This document shows, piece by piece, positions 51,750 to 61,225 of a DNA stretch of 64,000 bases. The DNA is taken from the NCBI GenBank assembly GCA_950097015.1, contig CATNEN010000003.1:9920001-9984000 (forward strand), read 5' to 3'. Within the stretch, counting starts at the first letter, position 1; the number at the start of each line of letters is the position of its first letter. The translations under genes were made by a program, and so were the position numbers. Below the pieces are notes generated by a model that ran no database searches, was not told where the DNA came from, and saw only the letters and a list, made by a program, of their open reading frames with translations. Source of the stretch: Macrostomum hystrix. Taxonomy: Eukaryota > Animalia > Platyhelminthes.

Positions 51750-53110
51750 TGCTAAAGCTTCAGTGGTTTCCCTATCATTTTGTGCCAATATGTAGTTAGA
51801 TTTCTCTTCTGCTGTTAAGGATGCGAAATTGGGAGTTTTTCCCAGAAATGTTCTTTACAAAATTCGGACATGCGTTACTATACATATTCCAACTGCACTT
51901 AAAAAGGAAGTGGAACTCGTATTTAACTTCTGTTTTGAACTTACTCCATAATCTATTCTCATACTGAATTTTCGGTCTCGCAGTTCGAAATGTTTCGCAA
52001 GCTAGCTTATGGTTTCCTAGTCTAAACGAGGCTATGGTACGTCTCAACTCCGGGTTGTATATTTGTTGTAAATATTTTTCGTCTGAATTATATTGCTTAA
52101 AAGAGTAATAGAAGTGACTTAGCTTGCTTGAGTTCTGTGTCCTTTGTCTCCAATGGGTATCGAACTGAGAAACGAAATTTTTCCTGTGATTTCTAATTGC
52201 TTTTGCAGGACTAATGACTTTGCAGGACTATGCAGTTCAGCATAACCTCATTGTTGATCTTTGCTTTGATTCCATGATCGTCTACCTCAGCGGTCTGTTA
52301 CCCGACGCTCGTGATGATTTGCGGCGTCGCCGCGGGCTTGCATGGGCGGCCTTCCGTTCCGTGAGGACCGTTCTGCAGTCCGAGGCCCTACCTGATCGTC
52401 AGAGGGCGGCGTTGTTCCGGGCGGTGATCGAGACCGTCCTCTTGTACAACGCCGAGACCTGGACGCTGACGGACTCGCTTGAACATCAGGTCGACGCGGC
52501 GCACGCTGGCCTGCTGCGCGCTGCCTTCAAGATCGGCGACCAGCGAGTCTCCAATGCGGCACTCTACCGCCGCGCCGGCCTGGCCCGGCCAAGCGAACTT
52601 CTGCGCCATCGGCGACTCCAGCTCGTCGCAGGCCATGTCATCCGCGCCGAGTCGTACTGCCCAGAGCCGGTGCAGGAGGTCCTGCTGCTCACGGTACAAG
52701 CACCCTACCGGCGAGGACAGGCGCGCACCCGGCGCTACGTCGACTGTCTGTTGGATGATGCCGGCGCTCCGGACTCTGCCGGTGGCGCGGCCTTCGTTCG
52801 CGCCCAGGCCCTCAAGCGCGCCCTGTGACGCTGCACTAGACTCTGACAGCGTACTATGTTGTTGTTTGATTCCAACATCACTGCAGGGACTACTAAAACC
52901 CTCGAGGGTTTTAGTTGTCCCTGCATCACTGTATGTTGGGTCTGCTAATAACTTGAAAATCATGGAGTCCGGGCGGCTTGTTATGGAGGCCCAGTATGAA
53001 ATGCTTCATTTCTGGATGTTGTATAATAAAGGCAATCTGCCTAACTCTGAGCGGGCCCCGTTGCCATCAAGAAGCAAAATGTTCTTTTGTACGTTCTTTA
53101 GCTACTACGA
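51750..53110 (-). mobile_element. Degenerate non-LTR retrotransposon (L2/Crack-like) ORF2 C-terminal remnant, split by the RTE-like insertion
   Basis: Minus-strand translations ARSELGRLPLLYNIQK*SISYW (about 52990-53060) and FRLGNHKLACETFR..ENRL..EFHFLFKC (51890-52030) resemble post-RT motifs of such LINEs; in-frame stops present. Confidence 0.65.
52275..52864 (+). mobile_element. 5'-truncated RTE-like non-LTR retrotransposon (3' end of RT ORF) with 10-bp TSD
   Basis: Translation DLRRRRGLAWAAF...VLLYNAETWTLT...GHVIR; GC-rich; (TGT)n tail; flanked by TTTGATTCCA at 52265-52274 and 52865-52874. Confidence 0.85.
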
Positions 53111-55250
53111 CGAGATTTTCGCTTCTGCAAATGCGGAACTGCGCTAACGTATGTCATCAGAAATAGTAAATCTAGGAGCTTTTCATATTCTCGGCATTTC
53201 TTTTTTCTTTGACTATACGTTTTTTTCAGAATCTCTTACAATATCCAACTGATCGCCATGAAAATCAAGCTAGAACACGGACTAAAATTTTTCGCTCAAT
53301 TCGATGACACAACTTTCAGAATCTTCGGCATCTTCGATGTATTCAACGATTCACGTCAGTATGTGTGGTGGCAAAAACACAAATGTAGGCATCTGCTCAC
53401 AAAATTTCATCATGGAACCATGTCGGCTATCACTGTTTATAGTGCTGTGTGGTTCTGCCTCCTCTATGCCATTTTGTGAGGTGATGCGGTTCGCCTAATA
53501 GGCCTCTGATCCCCGTCTCAACACTATGAGAAAATCTCACTTCCAGTAGTCACAAATGTTAAGGCCGAGACGAACTATTTGAGACAAAAAACAAACACCA
53601 CAAATGGTTAATCACAAAGTTAGTGTTCGGCACCACACTGAAAGCAAGCCTCTGAGCCGGCTGGGCAAACAATCGAGAAAACGGGGGTGCTGTGTTCGTG
53701 CCGCTCACTGCTCTCCAGTTTATTTTACTTTTCCGTTCCCCTTTGCTGCATAACTTTCTAGAGGCACAGGCCAGGGCGTGTTACACATTAATTGTCAAGA
53801 CTGTCAAGGCGAGTTAGTGTTCAATGCTTTCTTATGGTTACCTTGCGCCAGACACCCTAGTTCTTCGCTTTGCCTCGTTGCCGGGTCGGTTGCAACAAGT
53901 TCCATGCGGAGGTTAGCTGACTCTGGGGCGTTGGCCGATTGGCAACCTGCTCTTCTGCTTCCTCCGTTCTCGTCCTCCATTCTGCACCGCGAATTCTGTA
54001 TCTCGTCCCTACGGACCCCTGCAATCGATTTGTTTTCTACGATTCGATTTAGGAAGAAACGGTAGTGAAGTTTTTATCTGTCCAATTTTCTGCCTCTTGT
54101 ATTGTTGATTATATTGTTAATTATTGTATTGCTGAACCAATATGGATTCGCCAAAGAGGTTAATACAGACCATTGTTAGTTTTCGGTAAAGGGTGGAAAC
54201 ATTTGTTCCATATGGTGGAGCTTCTCGAAAATCGGTCATTCGGTTTGGGAGCTATCGGGAAGTTGGCAGTGGGAATTTGAAATATCCCTGTGGTAATTCT
54301 CTTGGGGGTAAAACAGCTGGTCTTTCTACTGTTGATGTGTCTATAGCATATGCTTTGGTCGATTATCCCCCTTACCAATTTTTGTGACTGCAAGCAGGCA
54401 GGTGCCTTTCCAGTCTCTGAGCCAGGCGTCTACTGCAATTAGTAATTCTAGAGAATTGCATTTTAGCACGACTATATTGCGCCAGTTTAGAGACAATGTC
54501 TGTCAACTTTGTTGAAGGATTCTTAGTTTTGTGGAAGGATTCTATAATCATTAAAATAAAAAAGCCGTTGCGTTACAAGAACTATCGGCATGCAAACAAA
54601 TGCTGTTCTATTGAGAAGAGTACGTTCTTTCTGACTTCACATTAAGTCATGTTGATACTTTACTTACATTTTTATTATAACCCCTTAAATAAAGATTCGC
54701 AAATGTTACCAGATTCCGTCACAATGTTTTTTTCATTTCTAGAACTTCCTTTAAGCACAGCTCTCTTGATATAACAAGCAGACACGCAAGCTTTAGCTAA
54801 AGTATACCTTAGTAGATACTTTGTTCAGCTTTGTAATAAACAAAACAAATATTTTCAATGCGAGTAAGCAGCAAGAGTTTTCTGTGTTTCTGTGTTTTTC
54901 TCCGATTAATGCGGTACATCAGAACAGCAGTATATAATTAGATAAATTATTCGTCTTCAACTCTTCAACCTCTACTTGAAGTAAACAACATGACTTAATT
55001 CTTTCGCCATCGTACCAGAACCATAAAAACTATACTGCGGTGTTGAAAGCCATTCATAACTTTTCGACAGCACTTATCTGCATCATGGCCAATTCAAATG
55101 GTTTAATACGAGGCGTGTTTCAAAAGTAACGAGAATTTAGTCATAACTTTTTAATGGATAAACTTTTTAACTTTAAATTTTTACCCTGCAATTTTGCATA
55201 TATGGACAGTACACAGCTTCAGTTGCAACTCATTCAAAATCATTCAAAAA

Positions 55251-55470
55251 GGGATTTGTAGCCGAGTGGTTTGAGCGTGGCGTGGGACTTGGGCGTGGGA
55301 CTCACGACTTGAAGGTCGGAGATTCGATTCCAAAATCCATTGGAAAAATTTGTGCATGTCCTGTAGTAAGACACCTAACTCTGCATTGCTTCAGTTCACT
55401 CGGCTACCAGTTTTAATTGGGGTTATTGATGGTGGCTGTAGCGTGCCTTTCAGTCCATGGACTGAACAGA
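55251..55470 (+). mobile_element. tRNA-derived SINE, family A
   Basis: GTAGCCGAGTGGTTTGAGCG..GACTCACGACTTGAAGGTCGGAGATTCGATTCC head; end TTCAGTCCATGGACTGAA. Confidence 0.85.
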
Positions 55471-55621
55471 AGTCGCGCGCAGTCTTCGCGCAGTTTTCGA
55501 GCTGTGGCTGTGCTGTCGGCTGCACACTTGATCCGATTGGAGCAGATGTAAATAATTATTTATTGACCGCTTTATTACCTGAAAAACGCATGGGTGCTGT
55601 GGCTACTGCAGGTAAGGATCT

Positions 55622-55795
55622 GAGTCCGAGAGCGGTCTGATGATCTTCGCTGACGTGACGAGTAGAAGTGAGATGTCTAAATTAGATTCATCGTCGACAG
55701 TACCCAGCGGACAGTGACGCAAACGAGGAAGACATTTCGACCTGGCAGACAGTCTGTTGACGAACCAGATCCGTGCGAGTGCCTGTCGCACTTGA
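55622..55795 (+). pseudogene. Internally deleted relic of the C-type lectin gene family
   Basis: GAGTCCGAGAGCGGTCTGATGATCTTCGCTGACGTGACGAGTAGAAGTGAGATGTCT (ESESGLMIFADVTSRSEMS) matches copy 1 45247-45303; GTGCGAGTGCCTGTCGC matches 45547-45563. Confidence 0.8.
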
Positions 55796-56066
55796 TAGTG
55801 CTAATTGTCCGAGGATGTGTACATACTCAAGATCCGCAATCCTCATCAAGTTCCTAGATAAAAACATTGCGATTAGAAATCACACATAAACTTGGAGGAA
55901 GTGGAACATGTGGAAGTTGTGGACCCTGATGCAAGTGCAAACATAGATACCTGATGAGAAATTGTATTGACACGTACTGTATGTTTGCATTGTAGCTTGA
56001 CAGCAAAAAACGTAAACCCAAAAAACTTTTGCTGACAGAAATGACTAGGACTAGGACTTTACACAA

Positions 56067-56242
56067 TGTAAGGTGTGCGGTGATTCATTCTCGCATCGCG
56101 TCGTAAGTTGGCTTCGTAAATTGTGCAATGCGATGTACATTCTCTGGTGTACATAGCCAAATATAAAGTCGCTCACTTGAGACTTTAGTCACCTCGTGTT
56201 TTTCGGTTCTCGCGCAAGTCTCGCCTTCTGAGCTAGTTTACA
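56067..56242 (+). repeat. 5' LTR (176 bp)
   Basis: TG...CA termini, direct repeat of 60840-61016; TATAAA inside. Confidence 0.97.
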
Positions 56243-56243
56243 T

Positions 56244-56256
56244 TGGTGGCAGCGGT
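56244..56256 (+). other. Primer-binding site, complementary to the 3' end of tRNA-Leu(AAG/TAG)
   Basis: TGGTGGCAGCGGT is the reverse complement of ACCGCTGCCACCA. Confidence 0.8.
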
Positions 56257-56283
56257 CTCTATCTCAAGTCGGCCCACTCACTC

Positions 56284-57120
56284 ATGGCGCACGCCAATGC
56301 ACTTTTGCCACCCAAGTTTTCCGGCTCAGACGATGCCGACATCAACATGTGGCTGCAAATGTTTGAGGACTTCGCCACGGATTCCGAGTGGGACGACAAA
56401 AAGATGGCATCGAAAATCCGGCTGCTCTTATCTGGCGAGGCGCTCGTCTTCGTGTGGGACCTGCCGGAGGAGAAGAAGAAGAGCTTCGCGACCATCAAGG
56501 ACGAGCTGGTCAAGTTCTACCGTGGCAAGGAGAACTCGTTCTGCGCCATGTCGGAGTTCGAGAGCCGGAAGCGACGCCAAGGAGAGTCGCTGAGGGAGCT
56601 GTGCCACGCTCTCAAGCTCCTGTACCGGAAGGCACGCCCTGACCACGATCAGACGGTGAGAGACTGCGAAGTGCGACACCGACTGCTGGCTCTGCTGTCG
56701 AAGGAGATTCGCGAAGCGTTGCTGAAAGACGCTGACTGCAGCAGCAGCAGCCCGGAGCAGCTGGCGGACCGCGCCACGGCTCTTGAGAGCATCGGCGGCA
56801 GAGGCGCCTCTGCAAGCATCGCGGTAACATCGGTGAGCAGCCAAGTGGTGGACCGGCTGGAGCAGATGCAGGAGCAGCTGGCGGACCTGGCTGCGACGGT
56901 CGCCACCATCAGCAGCCGTGGACAGCGCGGTGCGCGAGGAAGAGGAGCTCGGGGGAGAGGCAGCGGTCGCGGGAAATGCTTCAACTGCGCTCAGCCCGGC
57001 CATTTCGCGGCCCAGTGCCCCAGGCAGGCCGCGCCAGCCGTGCCGCCCGTGTGCAGCCGCTGCTCAGGCAAAGGGCACCGGGCCGAGGTCTGCCCGACCC
57101 CGGCTTCGGGAAACTTCTGA
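56284..57120 (+). CDS. gag: Gag (capsid-like region + two CCHC zinc knuckles), 278 aa
   Basis: CFNCAQPGHFAAQC and CSRCSGKGHRAEVC; RG-rich tract; PPKFSG..INMWL N-terminus. Confidence 0.93.
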   Translation: MAHANALLPPKFSGSDDADINMWLQMFEDFATDSEWDDKKMASKIRLLLSGEALVFVWDLPEEKKKSFATIKDELVKFYRGKENSFCAMSEFESRKRRQGESLRELCHALKLLYRKARPDHDQTVRDCEVRHRLLALLSKEIREALLKDADCSSSSPEQLADRATALESIGGRGASASIAVTSVSSQVVDRLEQMQEQLADLAATVATISSRGQRGARGRGARGRGSGRGKCFNCAQPGHFAAQCPRQAAPAVPPVCSRCSGKGHRAEVCPTPASGNF

Positions 57121-57166
57121 GGACTGGTGACCGTGGGCCATCACCAGCCCTGCCTAGCAAGGCCCA
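57108..57166 (+). promoter_or_regulatory. -1 programmed ribosomal frameshift signal (G GGA AAC + H-type pseudoknot)
   Basis: Slippery heptamer in gag frame, 6-nt spacer, stem 1 57121-57130/57141-57150, stem 2 TGGGCC 57134-57139 with GGCCCA 57161-57166; pol is in the -1 frame. Confidence 0.85.
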
Positions 57167-60100
57167 AACCGCTTCGCTCTTCCTGCCCGGCAGCATCGCA
57201 GGCCGGCCCTGCAGGTGGCTGTTCGACACGGGCGCGCAGGTGACGCTCGTATCAGCTGCCCAGTTTCGAGCTCTGGGAGTCGCAGCTCAGCTTCATCCGC
57301 CTCTCAGCACTCCGGTCGGGATCGATGGTCGACGCTTGGAGTCTCCGGCATGCGCAACGCTGGCCATTCAGGTGGGCGGACTGCCGCCCATGGAGCACCC
57401 GGTGACGGTGGTCGCCGACATTCAGCCGGAATGCGTGCTCGGCATGGACGCCATCAGCAAGATGTGCTCAACCTTCAGCGTGGATCTCATGTCGTCTTCT
57501 GTCCTGCTGGGGTCAACCAGGATCCCAGTCCTGCCAGACAGGAACTCCATGCCGGCCTGCCGGGTGGTGCCCACCGCCGTGGTCGCCAGAGTCGCCAGCA
57601 CCGTGTCCATCCCAGCCCGCAGCCGCGTCATCATTCCGGTCAAGGTGGCATCGTACGTTGAGCAGGGTCTGTTCGAGCCCAGCTCTGACTTCGTCGACAA
57701 GACCGGCCTGCTGCCGAACCGGGCTCTGGTGGTCTCCAGCGCGGACGGCAACCTGCCGGTGGGAGTCTGCAACCTGAGCGCCGACCCGGTGGTGCTCTAC
57801 CAGAATCAGGCCATCGGCAACTTCGACGCTGCCGAGCCTCACGGGCCCGACGGTGAAGCTTCGGAGGAGGCCGGCTTCAACATCAACCCGGAGCTGAGCC
57901 GGTCGCAGCGCGAGGTCATCGAAGCCCTGCTGAACCAGCATGAGCTGGCATTCGCCAGTCACGAGTTCGACCTGGGGACCACGCACCTACTGCAGCACGA
58001 GATCAACCTGGAACCCGGCAGCCGCCCCATCAAGCACAGGCAGCGGACAGTGCCACTGAACTTCAGACAGCAGGTGGACGACAAGATCAGCGAGATGCTG
58101 CGTCACGGGATCATCGAACCGTCATGCAGTCCGTGGGCGAGCAATCTGCTGGTGGTGCGCAAGAAAAACAACGAAATCCGCATCTGCACCGACTGGAGGG
58201 CCCTCAACTCGTGCACCGTGAAGGACGCCTACCCGCTGCCGCCGCTGTCTGTCGCTCTGGACGCGCTCACTGGCAGCAGCTGGTTCAGCACGCTCGATCT
58301 CCGCCAAGGGTTCCTGCAGGTCGAGCTGCGCGAGCAGGACCGGGAGAAGACCGCCTTCTACACCACGCAAGGCCTGATGCAGTACAGGAAGCTCGGCTTC
58401 GGCCTCTGCAACGCCCCGGCGACCTTCCAGCGCCTGATGGACTTGACGATGGCGGGCCTGAACTGGACGGAGGTGCTCACCTACATGGACGACCTGATCC
58501 TGTTCAGCACGACGTTCGAGCAGCACGCGCAGACGCTGAAGGAAGTCCTGGGAAGGCTGCAGTCGGCGGGCCTCAAGCTGAACAAGCGCAAGAGCTGCTT
58601 CTGCTTCCAGGAGGTCGAGTACCTGGGGCACAAGATTTCGGCCGATGGGATCCAGCCAACCCAGGACAAGGTCAGCGCCATCCAGTCCATCCCGACGCCC
58701 GAGTGCGCTGAGGACGTTCGCCGGCTCGTCGGCATGCTGGGCTTCTACCGGCGGTTCGTGCCGCACTTCGCCAGCATTGCGAATCCGCTGCACCAGGCGA
58801 CTCAGAAAAGTCGGCAGTTTCGGTGGACGGCAGAGTGCGAGGCAGCCCTGCGCGAGCTGAAGTCGGCGCTGTCGGCACCCCCAGTGCTGAAGCTGCCGGA
58901 TTTCTCCAAGGGATTCCGGCTGTGCTGCGACAGCAGCGGCGTGGCCATCGCAGGAGTCCTCAGCCAGCTCCACGAAGGCGTCGAATGCCCGGTCGCCTAC
59001 GCGTCGAGAGTCCTGAATAAGGCAGAGCGCAATTACTCGACCACCCACAGAGAGCTTCTGGCGGTCGTGTGGGCCATGAAGCACTTCCGGAACTACTTGG
59101 CGTCCGCCGGCGAAATTCTCGTCTTCTCCGACCACAAGCCGCTGCAAGGGCTGCTGAACACCAAGGAACCCGAAGGTCGCCTGGCCAGGTGGATCACGCT
59201 CCTGCAGGAGATCAATTTCAAGCTGCTCTTCAGGCCTGGTCGCGAGAACGTGGTGGCGGACGCGCTGAGCCGGGCGGCGGCGACACGGCTGACACCCGCC
59301 TGGTCGGACGAGGAAATCAGCGCGGCGCAGGCCGATGACCCGGTGCTGGCAGCGGCTCGCCAGGTGCTCATCGGACGGAGGCCCCGGCGAGGCAAGGCCG
59401 CAGACGACGCAGAGAGCCTGGTGAGGTCGGAGAACCTGGAGCTTGGCGAGGACGGCGTCATCAGGAGAAGCGGCTTCCCCGTCATTCCGCTGCAGCTTCG
59501 CCAGGAGCTTCTGAGGCAGCTGCACGACGACCCGGCAAGCGGGCACCTCGGACTGGACAGGACGCTAGCGAGGGTCGTCAACAGAGCCTGGTGGCCCGGC
59601 CTGAAGGACGACGTCCAGCACTGGGTGAGCAGCTGCGAGGTGTGCCAGCGTCGCAAGGTACCGCACCAGCACCAAAGGGCGCCGCTGCAGGACAACACCG
59701 TGCCGTCAACTCCCTGGGAGATGGTGCAGGTGGACATCAAAGGACCGCTGCCGGCCACAGAGACCGGTCAGAAGTACATCATCTGCTTCACCGACGTGTT
59801 CTCCAAGTGGGTCGAAGCGGCCCCAGCGACCAACATCGAGACTCGCACGGTCGCTGAAGCCATGCTGCGCAGCGTCGTCCTCCGCCACGGGTCGCCCGAG
59901 GTCATCCACTCCGATCAAGGTCGCCAGTTCGAAAGCGACGTCTTCCAGGAGCTGTGCCGGCTGCTCGACATTCGAAAGACCAGGACGACACCATTCCACC
60001 CCAGCGGCAATCCGGTGGTCGAGCGATTCAACCGGACTCTGGGCGACATGCTGGCGGCCTACTGCATGGAGCAGCAGGACAGGTGGGCGGCTTTCCTGCC

Positions 60101-60728
60101 GTACGTCATCTGGGCGTACAACTCGTCGGTCCACAGCACCACCAAGCGGTCACCGTACGCGGTGCTGCACGGCCGCGACCCCCGGATCCCAGCCGAGCTC
60201 AGCCTGCCCGCCGCCGGTGAGAGGCCGGTCGTCACGGACGCGCTGGCGGACGCCCGCGCCGGCCTGCAGCTAGTGCGGCAGCGCCTGCAGTCGACGCAGC
60301 GGTCGCGGAAGCAGCAGTACGACAAGCGCCAGCACTTCACTCCGTTCCAAGTCGGCCAGCTGGTGATGCTCAACAACCCGGCGGTGCAGAAGGGCCAGTC
60401 CAAGGCGCTCCGCCGGCGGTGGTTGGGGCCGTACCGAGTGCTCGAGAAGCTGGGCCCAGTCACCTACCGGATCTCCAAGCCCACCGGGCGGAGGCGGAGC
60501 TCGGTGGTGCACCACGACCGGCTGAAGGCGTTCGTGGCGAGGCGGCCGCAACCCGCTGTCCCGCAGCCCGCCGCCGACCCACCCGCTGCAGAGAGCGACC
60601 GGCCGCCCAGTCCGGCTGCCGACCCGCGTGAGACCTGGCAGGAGCTGCTAGACGAACCGGCGCCTGCTGGGCCCAGACGCTCGAATCGGACTCGGAGGCA
60701 GCCAGATTTTTTTGTCGCGCAATTTTGA
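57114..60728 (+). CDS. pol: Pol polyprotein (protease, reverse transcriptase, RNase H, integrase), expressed as a Gag-Pol frameshift product
   Basis: Open frame 56976-60728; LFDTGAQVT protease, YMDD RT, CDSS...SDHKPL RNase H, HHCC zinc domain + D,D(35)E integrase, WLGPYRV (GPY/F). Confidence 0.95.
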   Translation, partial: LLRTGDRGPSPALPSKAQTASLFLPGSIAGRPCRWLFDTGAQVTLVSAAQFRALGVAAQLHPPLSTPVGIDGRRLESPACATLAIQVGGLPPMEHPVTVVADIQPECVLGMDAISKMCSTFSVDLMSSSVLLGSTRIPVLPDRNSMPACRVVPTAVVARVASTVSIPARSRVIIPVKVASYVEQGLFEPSSDFVDKTGLLPNRALVVSSADGNLPVGVCNLSADPVVLYQNQAIGNFDAAEPHGPDGEASEEAGFNINPELSRSQREVIEALLNQHELAFASHEFDLGTTHLLQHEINLEPGSRPIKHRQRTVPLNFRQQVDDKISEMLRHGIIEPSCSPWASNLLVVRKKNNEIRICTDWRALNSCTVKDAYPLPPLSVALDALTGSSWFSTLDLRQGFLQVELREQDREKTAFYTTQGLMQYRKLGFGLCNAPATFQRLMDLTMAGLNWTEVLTYMDDLILFSTTFEQHAQTLKEVLGRLQSAGLKLNKRKSCFCFQEVEYLGHKISADGIQPTQDKVSAIQSIPTPECAEDVRRLVGMLGFYRRFVPHFASIANPLHQATQKSRQFRWTAECEAALRELKSALSAPPVLKLPDFSKGFRLCCDSSGVAIAGVLSQLHEGVECPVAYASRVLNKAERNYSTTHRELLAVVWAMKHFRNYLASAGEILVFSDHKPLQGLLNTKEPEGRLARWITLLQEINFKLLFRPGRENVVADALSRAAATRLTPAWSDEEISAAQADDPVLAAARQVLIGRRPRRGKAADDAESLVRSENLELGEDGVIRRSGFPVIPLQLRQELLRQLHDDPASGHLGLDRTLARVVNRAWWPGLKDDVQHWVSSCEVCQRRKVPHQHQRAPLQDNTVPSTPWEMVQVDIKGPLPATETGQKYIICFTDVFSKWVEAAPATNIETRTVAEAMLRSVVLRHGSPEVIHSDQGRQFESDVFQELCRLLDIRKTRTTPFHPSGNPVVERFNRTLGDMLAAYCMEQQDRWAAFLPYVIWAYNSSVHSTTKRSPYAVLHGRDPRIPAELSLPAAGERPVVTDALADARAGLQLVRQRLQSTQRSRKQQYDKRQHFTPFQVGQLVMLNNPAVQKGQSKALRRRWLGPYRVLEKLGPVTYRISKPTGRRRSSVVHHDRLKAFVARRPQPAVPQPAADPPAAESDRPPSPAADPRETWQELLDEPAPAGPRRSNRTRRQPDFFVAQF

Positions 60729-60839
60729 GCTGCTAACTATTTTTTTGTTCTTATAAAGCTTGTAGTGCATCATTTTAAGCTGCCTAAAATATTTGTTTAT
60801 TTTTTTGTTTTTAATGTCCTCAATTTAGGGATGGAGTGA

Positions 60840-61016
60840 TGTAAGGTGTGCGGTGATTCATTCTCGCATCGCGTCGTAAGTTGGCTTCGTAAATTGTGCA
60901 ATGCGATGTACATTCTCTGGTGTACATAGCCAAATATAAAGTCGCTCACTTGAGACTTTAGTCACCTCGTGTTTTCTCGGTTCTCGCGCAAGTCTCGCCT
61001 TCTGAGCTAGTTTACA
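60840..61016 (+). repeat. 3' LTR (177 bp)
   Basis: Direct repeat of the 5' LTR. Confidence 0.97.
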
Positions 61017-61225
61017 ACAACTTCGACAATAACGATTTATTTAGCTTGCTAGAGGGCCTTGCTAAACTACGAGTAGTTCGGGAGTTTGAAGCCTTCATGC
61101 AGAATCGGTCCACTGTAACAGGAAACAGGTGATATTTTTCATATAATCATACGCCATACGTCTTAAAAAATTTAATTTATTTATCATTAAATTATTTATG
61201 TTCAGGCCATGCTCTTCTGCTGCCG

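Larger units (their letters stand above)
56067..61016 (+). mobile_element. Full-length, apparently intact Ty3/Gypsy LTR retrotransposon (4950 bp)
   Basis: LTRs 56067-56242 and 60840-61016 (TGTAA...TTACA, one 1-nt indel apart); TSD ACAA (56063-56066 and 61017-61020); PBS TGGTGGCAGCGGT 56244-56256; PPT-like AGGGATGGAGTGA 60827-60839; PR-RT-RH-IN domain order. Confidence 0.97.

Noticed and set aside
54160-54470. Possible LINE 3' remnant on minus strand (..STIWNK..LP)
   Set aside because: Too degenerate to call
58122-59546. 474-aa antisense ORF in pol
   Set aside because: Expected shadow ORF of a GC3-rich coding strand; no recognisable motifs
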